NCBI RefSeq assembly: GCF_964355755.1
Contig: NC_092676.1
Location: 17,812,871-17,876,870 of the forward strand
Direction: 5' to 3'
Source: Antedon mediterranea
Lineage: Eukaryota; Animalia; Echinodermata
Length of the DNA stretch: 64,000 nt
The stretch's first letter is position 1, and the number at the start of each line of letters is the position of its first letter. This document shows, in pieces, positions 24,813 to 39,600 of the stretch. Position numbers and translations under genes: made by a program. The notes under the pieces are model-generated. The model had not been told where the DNA came from. It saw nothing but the letters and a program-made list of their open reading frames with translations, and did no database searches.

Positions 24813-27187
24813 ACAAAGTAGTGAAATAAGATAAGAATCTTGCTGATGGTTATTGCTATTACTTACAAACGTTACCCTTTGCTTAATTAAACAAAAAGCA
24901 GACTTTCACTTTTCATAACTACAGAATAAATAGATATTCTCTTTGTTCAAATGGAGATTTTATGATTATACATACAGTAGTACTGCATGATCTCCTAGCA
25001 TGATGCACTGGTATTGAACACAAGACAACAACTTTTTTAATGACATGTGTCACTGGTTAATAATCAACACTAATTGTTTGTATTAATTGTTTGGTCTTGT
25101 TAAATTATGAACATAATAACCATACGTGGAATAGACAGGTTTGTAAAAAGACAGAGCCTCCTGTTAGTTTGGTTAGATCATGCTATGAACTACAACTACA
25201 GTACCATCAGACAGTCTTTGGATGTAAGAAAGATAGTTGACAATGATGTCATAGCATTTGAATTTGTATCTTTTTTTGTGAAAGACTCTGTTTTGCATAC
25301 GGTATGGTTTAACAATTTTAGCTCAAGATTAAAGGAATTTTATATAGCCAAATCCTATTTCCCCACATGCATACATGAAGATTAGTTTCTTCAATTTGAA
25401 GATTTGAAAAAGCATGTTAGTGGCGATCAAACCTGTTAGTGGCGGTAATTATCGCTGTTGGTTTCGATTGAATAAAATAAATAAAATAAAATAAAATAAA
25501 TAAAAAAATGTCCGTGTATTCCGGGAAATAATGTTTGTTATAGAAAATGAATAAAAAAGTCTGTAAATACTTTTTTAAACAAAATTTTAATAATGCTTAA
25601 GTTTTTTTTATTTAGTTTTATTTATTTATTGTGCAAACTTTAGGATTATTGTTTTGTTCCAAAAATGAATTAAAAAAGACCTCTTCAATAAATGGGAATA
25701 TGCAGGTTGATATGCTTGTTTAAGTCTACAGGGGGTTCTACTAGACAGCGTCATACATTTTGTACCGTGGGGTATACTATAAATTCACAATTGTGTAAAA
25801 CGAAACAATAATTGGAGACTTGAGTCGAGGCTTGACTCATTCTGACTACTGTATTACAAATTTTGTGCTTTGAAAACAAATTAATTAATATACAGTAGTT
25901 TGTATTATTGATTGTCTTGAACAATTTTGAGACTTATTACAGATGAAGGTTTCGGTGTATGCTATCGGCTGTTTAGTAAAATTTATTAAAACACATTAAA
26001 ACATTGACAATGGAACAACTGCAGCGTTCCTTTAATTAAGTGTATTAATAATGGCACATTATTTTATTGTAATGCAAATGTTGTCCTGCCATCCCTTTGT
26101 TCTCTTTGAAGGATAACATGGTATAGATTATTTCTAATATTATTAATTGCTCCAATAATATGACATGTGCAATAGCTTTTGATTGGTTGGCAGATTGAGA
26201 TTCAATGAATCCAGTGGGCCTAAAACATACAGTCATCTTATTCTATTGTTCTTAATAGTTGAGGATTATTCCATTATTTTGTTTAATTTTTTTAATTTAA
26301 AATAATGCTAGTTATTTGAAAAATATTTTATATACTATATAAGTTTAATAATAAATAAAGTATATTAACTCATTTTAAACCAGTTTTGAATAAAAAGGAT
26401 TAGTGTTTTTGATTTAGGTGTTTTACTTTTTTCAAAATTTTGCAATTAGGTTTATAATGGTAGATTCCAAACTTTTTGATAATAAATCATCATAATGAAC
26501 ATACACCTAATTATGAAGATAAAAATGGGAGGAGACACATTGACAAAGAGCAATAGCATTGTTACTGGTAGAGTAGTAACCCATGCGTCATATTAATATC
26601 AATACACTATATTTTGGTGATGCCTGTCTCTATTTTTACTTAAAATCGGTATAATTCTATGGTAAGTGAATTTTTTTTTAAATATTTTATGAAATATTGG
26701 AGGAGGGCTGAGGGTAAAAAAACAAGAGTTGGAATTAACCATTTTATCGGCATCTGTACTATTAGTGAAAAGTTGTAATGTATTTAGCTCGAACCAATCA
26801 ACAACACACGTAAAGTCATTTTGGGACTGTCAACCAACGTTTCTGTATAATGCTGTTATTTTTTACTGTGGTTTAATTTTTGCTAATTTTGCAATTGGGA
26901 ACTTTACCACTCTCTTTATTTACTCACAAGAATTTTGACAAATTTCACATTATGCAGCCACTGCAATACTGGTGCCATGGTCTAGTGAGGCCCATAGAAA
27001 AAACATCCACCTATGTTTCATTTGATTGTCCCTAAACTTGCCGGATCCCGACTTGCCAAACAAAGGGTGTTGTCTATGCTTTATATAATACAAAAAAGAT
27101 CGTAATTTTAGCCACATTAGGCCTAGGCTAGAATTTAACTAAAAGTGGCGTTTGCAAAAATATAAAAATGCGAAAACATCAAGGAAC

Positions 27188-28232
27188 TACGGTGGCCTAT
27201 AAGTGTCACGGCAACTTTCAAAAAATATCACGGCAACTTTCAAAAAAAGCTACGGCAATTTGAAAAAAGCCACGGCAAATTAAGAATAAAACATCACGGC
27301 AAATTAAAAATAAAACATTGCGGCAATTTAACAAAAATACCACGGCAACTTAAAAATGAAACACCACGGCAAATTAGTATTGAAACACCACGGCAAATTA
27401 GTAATGAAACACCACGGCAAATTACAGAATGCCACGGCGGAAGTGAGTTACCACGGCGGAAGTGAAACCTTTGGAATCTTCGATTTTTTCTGAGGTAAGT
27501 AATTATTTGTGCATTGAAGTAAATATTATTATATTAATTTATTATATTTAACTGCTGCATTTACGTGTTTATTGCACTAGGCCTAGCTATGCCTACTACT
27601 AGCCGAGGCCTTAGGCCTACAGTAGTAGCTAGGTCTACTGTAAAAACAACTTGTTATATAAAAAACAGATTACTGTAAATATATTAAAACATTGTAGAAT
27701 GTTATAGGGCCTAGGCCTACCTTGTAATAAGGCCTATGGTCTAGCCCGGCCTAGAAAGTTTAAGAAGAGTGCAATAAACACGTAAACTGCTGCAGTTTAA
27801 TAAATTAATATAATATTTACATCAATGCACAAACTATTACTTACCTCAGAAAAAATCGAAGATTCCAAAGGTTTCACTTCCGCCGTGGTAACTCACTTCC
27901 GCCGTGGCATTCTGTAATTTGCCGTGGTGTTTCACTATTAATTTGCCGTGGTGTTTCAATACTAATTTGCCGTGGTGTTTCATTTTTAAGTTGCCGTGGT
28001 ATTTTTGTTAAATTGCCGCGATGTTTTATTTTTAATTTGCCGTGATATTTTATTTTTAATTTGCCGTGGCTTTTTTCAAATTGCCGTGGCTTTTTTCAAA
28101 TTGCCGTGGCTTTTTTCAAATTGCCGTGGCTTTTTTCAAATTGCCGTGGCTTTTTTCAAATTGCCGTGGCTTTTTTTGAAAAAATTGCCGTGATATTTTT
28201 GAAAGTTGCCGTGACACTTATAGGCCACCGTA
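27188..28232. mobile_element. IS3EU-like foldback non-autonomous DNA transposon
   Basis: AGGAAC|tacggtggcctataagtgtcacggcaac ... gttgccgtgacacttataggccaccgta|AGGAAC: 6-bp TSD and TAY..RTA termini, ~400-bp inverted arms with 20-22-bp cacggcaa subterminal arrays (perfect ttgccgtggcttttttcaaa run at 28061-28160). Confidence 0.85.
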
Positions 28233-30670
28233 AGGAACTGGTATATTGTGAACAATTCTGTATATGAAAATGTTATCATATACACTACTGTCTCCCGGAT
28301 TTATATTGAATTTCTGGACTCTAGGATATATATGTATCCCAGGTTGCAAAACACTGTAAACCAAACCTATTAACTCTCCAGTCCAGATGAAATCCTTAAA
28401 AACAGTGTTTGCTCAAATTAATGCTAAAATACAGTAATGATTGTTGAAATGTTTATTGGCTTGGATTCCTTATCATCTCAGCCTGATCTTTGCCTGGTCA
28501 GATGGATAACAGTCAGGTTGGCAGGAAGTTTGATTTCCTGTCTTACGAATTCCATCTCTTTGTCTTTACTCCTTTTATTTTGGAATTATTAGAAAGGAAT
28601 AATTTTTATTTGGTTTATTGTCTTTGTGTTTTCATATCAAGATGTATGATACTAATACAAGTATTCTTCATTCATATGTCAAACAAAACTGATATTCGAA
28701 AAATGACTATTTTGTCTGCATACTGTACTAATTATTGAAGTAAAGGAAATGTATTATTTTTGCATTACATTAAAATATACTAATAAAATTTATAAATTAT
28801 TAAATTTATTGTTTACTACTACATTAAGGGGACAGGATGTATCCCTAAGTAGGTGGGCTGTATTGTTACCCCTCAATTCTCAACTCAAGAAAGTGTCTCC
28901 TGAATACAAGGGTCTTTCACACCTGAGTGTCTGAAGACAGGCTTGCACGCTGGGTTGTTAATGGAGTGGGAGGTTCTGCTCTGATTTAAAGTTTGCTTAG
29001 GAGGACCCTCAGAAAGTCTCTCCCCCACTTCCCTCCAGGGCACATGTATTACTTTTGTTTGTTTTTAGTTTTAAATATCCTGGACAGTATAACCGAGCCG
29101 TTAACTAATTAGCCAACAGTTGTACAGTTACTCTGTCAGGTGGTGCAATTATTAATCATGTCTACCTTTGTACTTTCATCACACCAGTTGATAAACGATG
29201 TTAACATCAACTTCTGTACAGAATATCAACTATCAACTATACTGTAGGACTGCATGAGCTAGCATGCAAATTGGGATGTTACATTAAGTGATAACGAATT
29301 TAGTACATACTGTGTGTATTTCATTCAAACCGTATACTTAATTCAATTAGGAGTTAAATGAACCAATCAGAAAAGACAAGCCTAATGAGTAGATTGCCAC
29401 TTGTCTCAAGGCTACACTTCATATTCTGTAAACAATAAACTAAAGAGGAAATTTTTTTTTATGTTCTGCGAGTCGTGAGTTTAAGTATTGGTTATTACAT
29501 TGACGTGATATTTTAGTGGGATTAAAGCCATTAAAACATCGTAAGGATTATAAGGCATTTAATTAACATGTTACATCATCCATTTTAATTAATTACTACA
29601 TTTCTTTGAATGAATACTTTGAAATTATGCAGCTTTGTGATGGAGAGTGAATGTCTAATATTGTTCAGCCTTCAGTCTGAAATACAATAAAAATTTTGTA
29701 TGAAAATGAGCTGGTTCCTCTAAAGGGGCTTTCACACCTGTTCCGGCATGGTTCCATGTTTGTTTTTAAGTGGCTACGCGCATAGCCGCATGGAGCGCCG
29801 TAAAGGCGAAACATTTGAAATTTGCCGGAGCGGAACCATGCGGGATACCATTATATAAAACATGTTAGAAACATTATTAGTACTTGGTACAAAAATAGAG
29901 GAAATATTTCCTCTGGGTTTCCAAAGTGTGATTGTAGGATAATACGTTTATAATTGGCAGATCTATAATTGACTATAAATAGACTGTACTTATTGTCAAC
30001 TGTCACTCTTTAAGTTATGTTTGTTTAATAAGATAAACAGTACTGTTTACTGTTATTTATCCTCCTGTGAGGTAGCATATGTTGTTGATAATAAACAAAT
30101 AAAGTAGTTCTCTTTTATAATTGATTTTGTTTCAAACTTAAAGTAAATTTGCATTGTCTGTTACCATCCGGTAGGACGTTGGATCATTATTTTTTGTTAA
30201 AGTCTATTTTGTGCCTATAGCTTACCTGATAATAAAAGCATAAGTGATACTCATAGAATACCAACACGACTTTTGTTATGTTTGATTTACAGTATATGAA
30301 ATGAAAGCATATTTTAAATATTATCCAAGTCATTTAAAGTTGGCATTTATTTGTATTGCTTACATATAAACAGATGGTAGATTTATATTTTTATATATTT
30401 TCAATTGTATTTTCCATACATGTATGTACATATAGAAATGTGTTTTATACTTTTGTTACTAAACTTAATAATGTAATTGCTTGGAGTATGTTGTTATACT
30501 TTCATACTACAAAGGTTTAACAGTGTATTTTTTTGTTGACATTTATATATTTTATTGTCTTTCAGCTCTCTGGACTTGATATTTTTGGACCAGCACCATG
30601 GAGGGTCAACCTAGAAAAACACTTTATAAGCCCTTTGGTTCAATAATACTTGTCTACTTTATATTTAAAA

Positions 30671-33600
30671 ATGGAGTCCGACTTTAAGCAGACGGGTAAG
30701 TTAGGTTTAGTGATGTTTTGATTAGTGAGATAGACAGTGCAAAGTTCTTTCGTGCCTATCTTACCTGGATAAACCAACATTGGCCTATTTTTCTTAAAGA
30801 GAGAATTATGAGACTGATTTCCCATTGGTTTTTTAATGGACAAATTGAAATGGTATTACTTTATTTAGATTGGTCTTTGCACTTGCATCACTGCATATAG
30901 CGTATAGCGCAGTAGAAAGCTACCAAAACACAGTCTAAGATTTTAGTCTATATTAGAATGTGCCTACAGTAGATGCTTACCAGGATGAATGATGACGATG
31001 GTACAGTACGTGCGATGGTTCCCACTAGAGGCCGTGGTTTGGAATAATATCATTATTATTTGAGTTTTCTTATTTCCTTAAATTTAATCCTCTTTTTAAA
31101 GAGAAAGGCTATCGTCAGTTTATCATGTAAGCAACCACCTACACCACTGTTGGTTTGTGTATTATAAACATTTTTCCAAGTATTTACTCAGTTTATTTAT
31201 TTTTTTTTGCAGACCAACAAGAGTCAGTATATATAGGAAAACCATTATCAAACCTATCTGGTAAATCTTCAGAAAGCCCCAGTTCCGCTGGCTCCCATAA
31301 AAACCGAAATCTACTTCGCTGTTACCACGATCTCACTATGCACCTCTTCAACACTGGTCATGAACGGGAAGTGGAAAACCTTTTCATTGCCGCAGCACGT
31401 GATGGTCAATATGACCGTGTTGAGAACTTTCTTCAACGACGAACTCATGAGGTAATTTCTCCTTCATACGCTATTATTTTTAAATATTTGACCTTGTTAA
31501 TTTGTGTTTTCAATTTAATAAAAAGTCATTTCTTATTTGAATAATATTTTGTAAAATTGTTGTGCTCAAAAGAACATCAGTGTTAAGTACTTATGTTTAA
31601 TTTTGTTTAATTGTTCATACTAATAACATCATAAATTTGTGCTCTTTTGGTACATTCATTTCATCAACAGTTTTTAAATATTCTTTCTCAACTTTTTCAT
31701 TTTTAGATTGTGAATATTGATGTTAAAGATTCAATAACCGGTAACACACCACTAATATGGGCTGCAAAACATGGCCATGAGAAGATTGTGCATTTGCTAC
31801 TCAAATATGGTGCAGATGTCACTCTGAGTAATTTTGAACACCAAACCGCTATAGAGGTTGCGCCGGCTAATCTTCGTAAACTCCTCATAGGTTCAGTTGA
31901 TCGAACAGGAAGTTCTCCACGTCACTTGCTGCAAGCAGCATGGCAGGGAAATCTAAAAGCCGTTCAGAAACTATTGGTAGGGTGATCTGTATAATAATAA
32001 TTATAATGGTAGTCTTATATAGCACCTAATACAATGTTTTTAAGTGCTTTACACACAAAAATGATCCATTAAATATCCTAATATATCCAAAGACTGAAGA
32101 ACAAGCAGAGGAAACATTTACACCGCTCCATTCTCCAACACTTTTGAAGCTCCCATATGAGAGCTCGCCGGGACAGAATTCACAGGAGCTTGATTTTAAA
32201 AAAGCATCTGTCTCTCCTATTCTACCAAAAGAAGTAAAAAGTTGCAAACAATGAGGTTTGAGATGAAACACATTGCAACTCTATAAATACTTTATTCCAA
32301 AATCTATACCACTACGATGTACCTCCTACTTCTTGCATCCTCTATCTGGAATGCTTTTTGAAGTATGCTTGATAAATGGCTGTGAATTTTGTCTATAATT
32401 CTAACATGCAGAGATGTACAAATTGACATAAACTTTGTAATTTGTTTATTTTTTCCAGAGTGAAAGTAGGGTATTGGACATCAACTGTCGAAATGCTGAT
32501 AGCCTTACACCGTTGTTACTAGTAACGAGAGATGTTGATCTTTTTTTTAAATGTAAGTAAATAAGGCATCTCATGTCCTATTTAAAAAAATGTGTCCTCA
32601 ATGATAGATTCTTACTGTACCTCACATTGGACAAGCCGTTTCTATTATTACAATTAAAGAATATCTAGATGATTTGAGACAGACAGAGGTGAGTATTACT
32701 GGTCTCCCAGACTAAAGCTCTCTCCGAGCCTAAGCAAGGCCTTCTACACAGTCCAATATTATTTTTTCTTAATTTTTTAAAATTATTTCTCTATACTGGG
32801 TGACCTCTTTAGTTAAAGACTGATCTACCAGAGTGCCCAATTACGATGATTTGCTATGTGTGACAGTGGCCTTGTGTGTACTAGTACACCGGCATAGTCC
32901 TTATCCTCAAACCCTTGCCCATGTTATGGCTACGTATTATGGTTCCACTGTCTTAGTCACTCGGCCACTCACTCACTCACTGTGAGTGTATTTATTCACA
33001 GTTTGGAAAACTTGGATACAGTAGAAATTAAATCATCATTACTTTTTGTCACAGCCTTTTATTACTGTTGTCATTGCCATCAGGTAAACCCTTTCTACGG
33101 TCTTATATAGTACTATTCAATGTTGCCATGACGTAAGCTATTGTAGAGATATGGTTGGTAGGATGTATTGAAGTAGCTTCTAGGGATACTGACTATTTTT
33201 CTTTTGCTGCTATTATTGAAGTCAATTGTTATTGAACTGTTTGTCATAGACATAAATTAGGTCAACTTTTTGTACTGTGTGTACTGCATATGTCATTTTA
33301 TTTCTTGTTTATTGTAACCATATTAAAATAAGCTATTTGTACAAGATGTATATTAACAGCCTTATCCAATTTGTGTACAGTATATTGAAAATCTACAGTA
33401 CCTCTGATGTGTCTTACTGTTCCTTGTTGTTGTAATAAGACTGTTTATACACTATTTAGTATTACTTACTTATTTAGTCCGGGACATCCCAAACTTACAT
33501 AATTTTGAATCTGCCATTGTGTGACAGCCTGTTCATCCGTGTCTAGTACATTGATGTATGTGAGGGCTGGTCTTTCTTGTTTTGCAAGCCCATGCTTTGG

Positions 33601-36600
33601 CTAGCACAGCAGAACATCTGAAATAATTTCTTCTTTATTGCAAAGACAGTGTCCTGGTGGTGTCCTGCAAATGTCAGTCTTTTTCTTCTCATACACTATT
33701 ATAACATTTGTGTTACCATGATATTCTGTGCATCTGTATATTAACAGCTGTATATTACTTGCTGCTATTATGTATCTTTTACAGTTTGTATATTTCTAGT
33801 TGTCATTTTATATTTAAATTTATAACAGTTTCTATCTTACTCACCAATGACCAATGTTACCATAATATCATACACTTTGATACATATAAACCGCATGAAT
33901 GTCATTGTTTTGTTTTTCTGCAGTATTACAATTGAAAAGGTTCTCAAAGATCTTTGTAACATTATTTAAAAATTAAATTGTGTTAACTAAATCTTTAAAG
34001 CTATATGTAAAAGAAATGATGTCTAGTTATGGAGTCTTATATTGAGTCTTCACATAGAGCAATTTCTTATGATCTTCATAATAAATTCATTTGTACATTC
34101 ATGTGTACATTTGTTTGTTTTTTTTACAGTGGGAGATGCAATGAAAAACTACAATCCTGAAGCTGTTATTGTGGAACTACTTTTAAACCGTGCAGATGCC
34201 AATGCATCAGACAATGAAGGACGCACTGCTTTGCACTATGCTGCATCTTTGAAATGTAACCTAGCAGAGAAGGTCACACTGTCTCTCTTACAGGACGGCT
34301 CATTGGTGGAAGCGAGAGACAATCGTTGCATAACACCAATGCACTCTGCATCCCAAAATGGACAAGTTGAGGTTCTATTGGCCTTGCTGGCTAATGGTGC
34401 AGATGTTAATACTCGTGGATATGCTGGTACCACACCGTTACATGTTTCTGTAAGATATTTTGCAATATTTAATTATTAATGATAGCGCTCATAAGTGTTT
34501 TATATCTACACTACTGGATTTCATATAAAATTATCTATACAATTTTTGTACTCAAACATTTTGGTTCTCAAGTATAAGCCCACCCTTCAATCTTGATAAT
34601 ATACAGTACCAGATTCATGGATGTATGTATGTAAGTAATGTATGTAATATGTAAGGGTAGATCCTTGTCTCTTGGGTTACTATTCAAGAATGTGACAATA
34701 CAGGGGGTGGGGGTGTATCTCATGCAATCAAAAATTGTTATTTCTGGATTCACTGTTTATGCAAACATAGTGCTTGTAGCAAAGAAAGACCGAACCAAAC
34801 GATTTTGTTTATTTTATCGAGAATTGAATGACCCTGCATCGATAATCGATGCTTTGGCGGAAGCTGCCTGTTTTTCTACCCTTTATCTAACATAAGAATA
34901 CTTGCAGTGCAAAGAAAAAGTGCATAGTATCAAGTAATCATTAAGAGACAATCAAATTAATCATCAAAATTATACCATTACTGCATTTATGCATTATCCT
35001 TATTTACATTAAGATGTTTCTTTGTCCTGGTTTTTTAGGCTCAAGCCAACCAATTGCAATCGGTAAACACTTTACTGAATCGAGGTGCAGATGTGACCCT
35101 GGTTGATGACAGAGGTTTCACTCCAGTTGATGTTGCTCGCAACAAGAAAATGAAGTCCACTTTAAAAGGTAAAGACAAGATTTGTTATAGGGAATATTAA
35201 AACTTATATCGAGACAGTTTTTTCTAACTAACAGCTAGACTTTGTCAGTTGTTATGTTGTTAAGTCGGACTCTTTGCTGCTACTGCATGGTTTTGCTGTA
35301 TAGTCTAGGAGACCAGTCGTTGTGTGACAGTTTATGCACATCTTGTCGGAAGACTCATTTGAACACAGCCTTTACCAATGACAACGTTTAATAAGAAGTT
35401 TTTACTGTAAAATGTTGTAATTTAGATGCATGGATGGAAGCCACTTCAAACAAACCAGAGATGACAGTATTGAGTCCTGTAAAACCACCCTCACGAGCCT
35501 CTCTTAATCATATGTCTATTGATGACAGGACACCTAGACTGCTGTCAATAGATGGTACTACCCATGGCTCTGAACGTAAGTACTGTTTTATTTACATATG
35601 CATAGCATCTATAACCCCTACTAGAGATAAGATCTACTTGTATTTTGTAGATATTTGATTTTAGGTATGTATTTAATTCATTACAATGTTTATGAACTTG
35701 AATGATAACTTTACTACTATACTTTACAGCCACAAAAAACATGGATTAAATATGTGTCGAAAGAAGAAGCCATTACCCTCCATTAACCGCTTAACTTAAC
35801 ATTTTCTCTACGCAATATACTCTATGGGAATCAATGTGAGCCAATGAATAAAAATAATACTAATGATTTTTATCTTTCTCCAGGAGTTAATATTCTGCAA
35901 AAGATGACAGAAGCCCATAAAGCATTAAAGGTTGAAGAACAGATATTGAAGGACCTTGATGCTGGTTTATTCTCTCCTGAGTAAGTATTGTCTTAGACTA
36001 AAGTTAAAATGCTTGCTAGAATTGAGTTTACATATGTTTATAACATACAGTATGTATTACATTAAGTAAACTTCAAGATATGATATATGACACTACAGCA
36101 CACATGGTAAAATTAAAATCATTGACAGGGACAACAAAAAATTTGCATTTCGTATGGTCAATATACTATTTGTGAAGTCAATTTCATTTCCTCACCCAAC
36201 CTAACTGTCTGTGAAATATTGAACCATCTTCTGTTAATAAAATCACTATTTTGCAGATTAACAAGCAAAAAACTGAAGACACCAATCCCACCAAGAACAC
36301 CAAGGTCAGATAAAACATCATCACCTAACAATCCAACTTCCTTGCTAGAAAGGCCTAAAGTAAAGCGAACACTAGTGCTTGATGGTAAAGTTAAAGCAGA
36401 GACAGAGAGAGGGAACAGTGCCGGCAGCACAAAAGGTCACCAAAAGCTTGCACAGCGACTTTGTAAGTTAACTTTTCCTATAATACTTGCACAAAGATGA
36501 ATATTAATGTTATATGCACCCATTATCAATACATGATTGTGGCAATTCTAGAAATGACACAGTGTATCTCTGGCTTCACATAAAATTCATTTACCATTGA

Positions 36601-39600
36601 CTCTTTTACCAATTTTAATTTAATACAGCTTTAAACTTCTTCCTCTGTCATCTCTTTTTTTTTGTAAATTGGCAAGGAGCTCTACTCTTGAATATTATTA
36701 CGCCTACATATACTAGACATAACAATTTTATTTTCAGCTGATCCAGCAAGGCGCACTGACATGGTGGATTACAGTCAAATACCTGTTACAGTAGTTGGAT
36801 TAGATTTAGATGACAACATTGAGGACATTAGGTAAGAAAAGTATAAAATGAAATAGAAGTAACATGCCAATAGGATGTTTAATAACAGATTTTTTCTCTA
36901 GTTAATCATTCTTTATAATAAATAAAGTTATGGAAACAATTATGTACATACAGTACTACTGAATCATATTGTAATAAATTATAATTATAAAAACAATATA
37001 ATTATAGTGATAGTATGAACAATTCGTTAATTTCTTTTGTGATACTAGCTATAAAGTATTAATTTTATTTGATGAAATTAAACATCAACATAAATATCGT
37101 TTTCTACTATAAAATAAACGTTTTTACATTTTCATTACATTATTAAGATAAGCATTATTACTTACCATAACTCTGCACTGAAGGACATTAAGTTCATATT
37201 TTCAGTAATTTTCTTCAGATTTCATAGACTTCTACACTGTCCAATCAATGGCATAATTGAACGACAAAAGAAGAGATGCTCTTTACCTGAAGTGACTCCG
37301 CTGCCATACAGAAGCAACGTGACACGACGTAAGTCTACACCAAACAAGCCAATCGTATCTGAAGTGTTAGATGCTGTAGATGAACTCCCAAGACAAGGTA
37401 GATGCTTTTTATTAAATGAATAAGAAATGCATATTCAATACAAATTCATACATTTATACATAAAGTGTCATATTTGAGATATATATATATATATATATAT
37501 AGACTTGCACTGATGAAGGACTAGTGTTGCCCGAAAGCTCTGCTAACTTTTCTGGCTGTTTCCTTTATCGTTTTGATTTAGCTTTTTGCTTTTTTATTTG
37601 TATCTCCATTGAGATCCAGCCACTGATACCCACAGCATTGTCATTTTTTTTCCAGTAATTTGCCTTTGGATTTATATATATATATATATAATTTGAAATA
37701 TTATAACAGTTGTGTTTATTAAAGTATATTAACTAAATTTGATTTTTAATTAATTGTATCTTTTTTTCTAAACCAACAAGGTTGTATTACCGCTGCAAGT
37801 CCATTGCACGATGTTGGTAAGCAATACCCATTGTCTAGAACTGTGCTGCCACCATCACCAAATATACATTTGGATACGCAGAATATTCGACAAGAAACGA
37901 TATTTGAATACGATAGCGGAAACGAAGAATGTATATCTGAGAGAATAAACAATTCAAAGCCAAGTTCAGGAAATCATTTGACAATTACAAGAGCTGGAGG
38001 CTTGATGCATCATAAACGAACATTCAATATCGAGATGTCCCGAGTTAAAAGTAGTGCAGACTCTGATCATTGTTCTTCTCAATCTAGCATGAGCTGTTCT
38101 AGTATTTCTAGTTTTTCAACATCAAGCCCTCATGATAGCCCAAGAGGTGAATCGAAAACTAAAGATTGTCCAAGTACTACTAATAGAATGGGTGCTAAAA
38201 TGACCCCAGCTGCCACTGTAACTCAGAATATGTCATGCAACTCTGAAAGTATTGAGATAACAGACGTTGAAAAAGCAGGTGAATGTTTAACTGAGTCTGA
38301 TCAAGACTCTGGTGTTGTCAGCTCATCATCTTCACCACCAGTAAAACGAAGCAACACAACAAAAGCACCAAAGGTTCTTCTAAGAGAGGTTTCAGAGGAT
38401 TTTACAGCTAAAGTTTTTCCTGTCAACTTTGACACAAATCCAAATAAGGAAGCTATTGAAAAACCATTAAATGATGTTGTTCGCGTAAATTTTATCACAT
38501 CATCTCAACCTCTTAAAACTCTGACAGAAAAAGATTCTTCTACTATCAACCGTAATAATTTGAAAAATAGTGAAAAGGCAGTATTAGTGGACAAAGTAGA
38601 TAAGACTAAACCATCCAAACAATCAAAACCACCTTCTAGAGTTTCAACCTCTGCTAAACCGAGCTTACTATTACCAAGTTCAGACAAAGACTGCCCAAAA
38701 ATCTGTACAAGAACTTTCAAATCTGCTGGAACTGGAAAACAACCTGCAACCAAAAATGTTGTGGAGAATAAACTCGAGACACTGAAAAATGGGAAAGTAA
38801 ATACAACTCAAAATTCTGCTGCTGAATTGATTAGTACTGATAAAGAGAAATTAAGTGCAACAAGTACATCTGAAAATGTAGTCAAAGATAATCATTTATC
38901 TACGCAACAAAATTCATATAGAGTTACACAATCTGCAAAACCAAATTTAGGTCAAAATTTAGAAAAAGATTCTATAAAAAATAGAACATTTTCAAAGTCA
39001 GCAGATGTTGTAAAACAGGTTGGAAATAGTAACAACATTAATAATAAGCTTGAGACTCTAAATCCAGTACCAGTTATGTCAAAAACATCACCAATAACAA
39101 AGACATCATCATCTATGAATTCATCACCAAAACTTTCAAATGGAACACCAAGTGTGTCAAAGAGCTTTTCCAGATCAGCCAAACAAATTCCACCATCTGT
39201 TAAGATTAAAGAGGATTCAGAAAGTCCAATTGAATCTAAGGAAAAGAATAAACCGGAATTAGGTGGTTTAATAAGTGCCACAACTGCACCACTCAAAGAT
39301 AATATAAAACATGCAACTTCATTAAAAGAAAAGACTGATAAGCAAGACAAACTAAATTATACTTTGAAAGATAATAAGGAAAATGTAAATAAGGAGCTTA
39401 CTAACACTAGTGAGATCTCTGAAATAATGCAAGGAAGGGCCATTAAAGCCAATGTAAAGTTAACAATTGCACATTCTACAAATGATGCTGAAAAGAACAA
39501 TGTCAAACAACAAAATGATAGTAACATTACAAATAAAGAAGTTAGTATTGAGACATTAGAAAATCAGAAAACATTGGATTCTAATATAACTAAGCAGTCA

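Noticed and set aside
27996-28267. Two ORFs with repeating LPWLFSNCRGFFQIAVAFFK
   Set aside because: They are translations of the 20-bp subterminal array of the foldback transposon.
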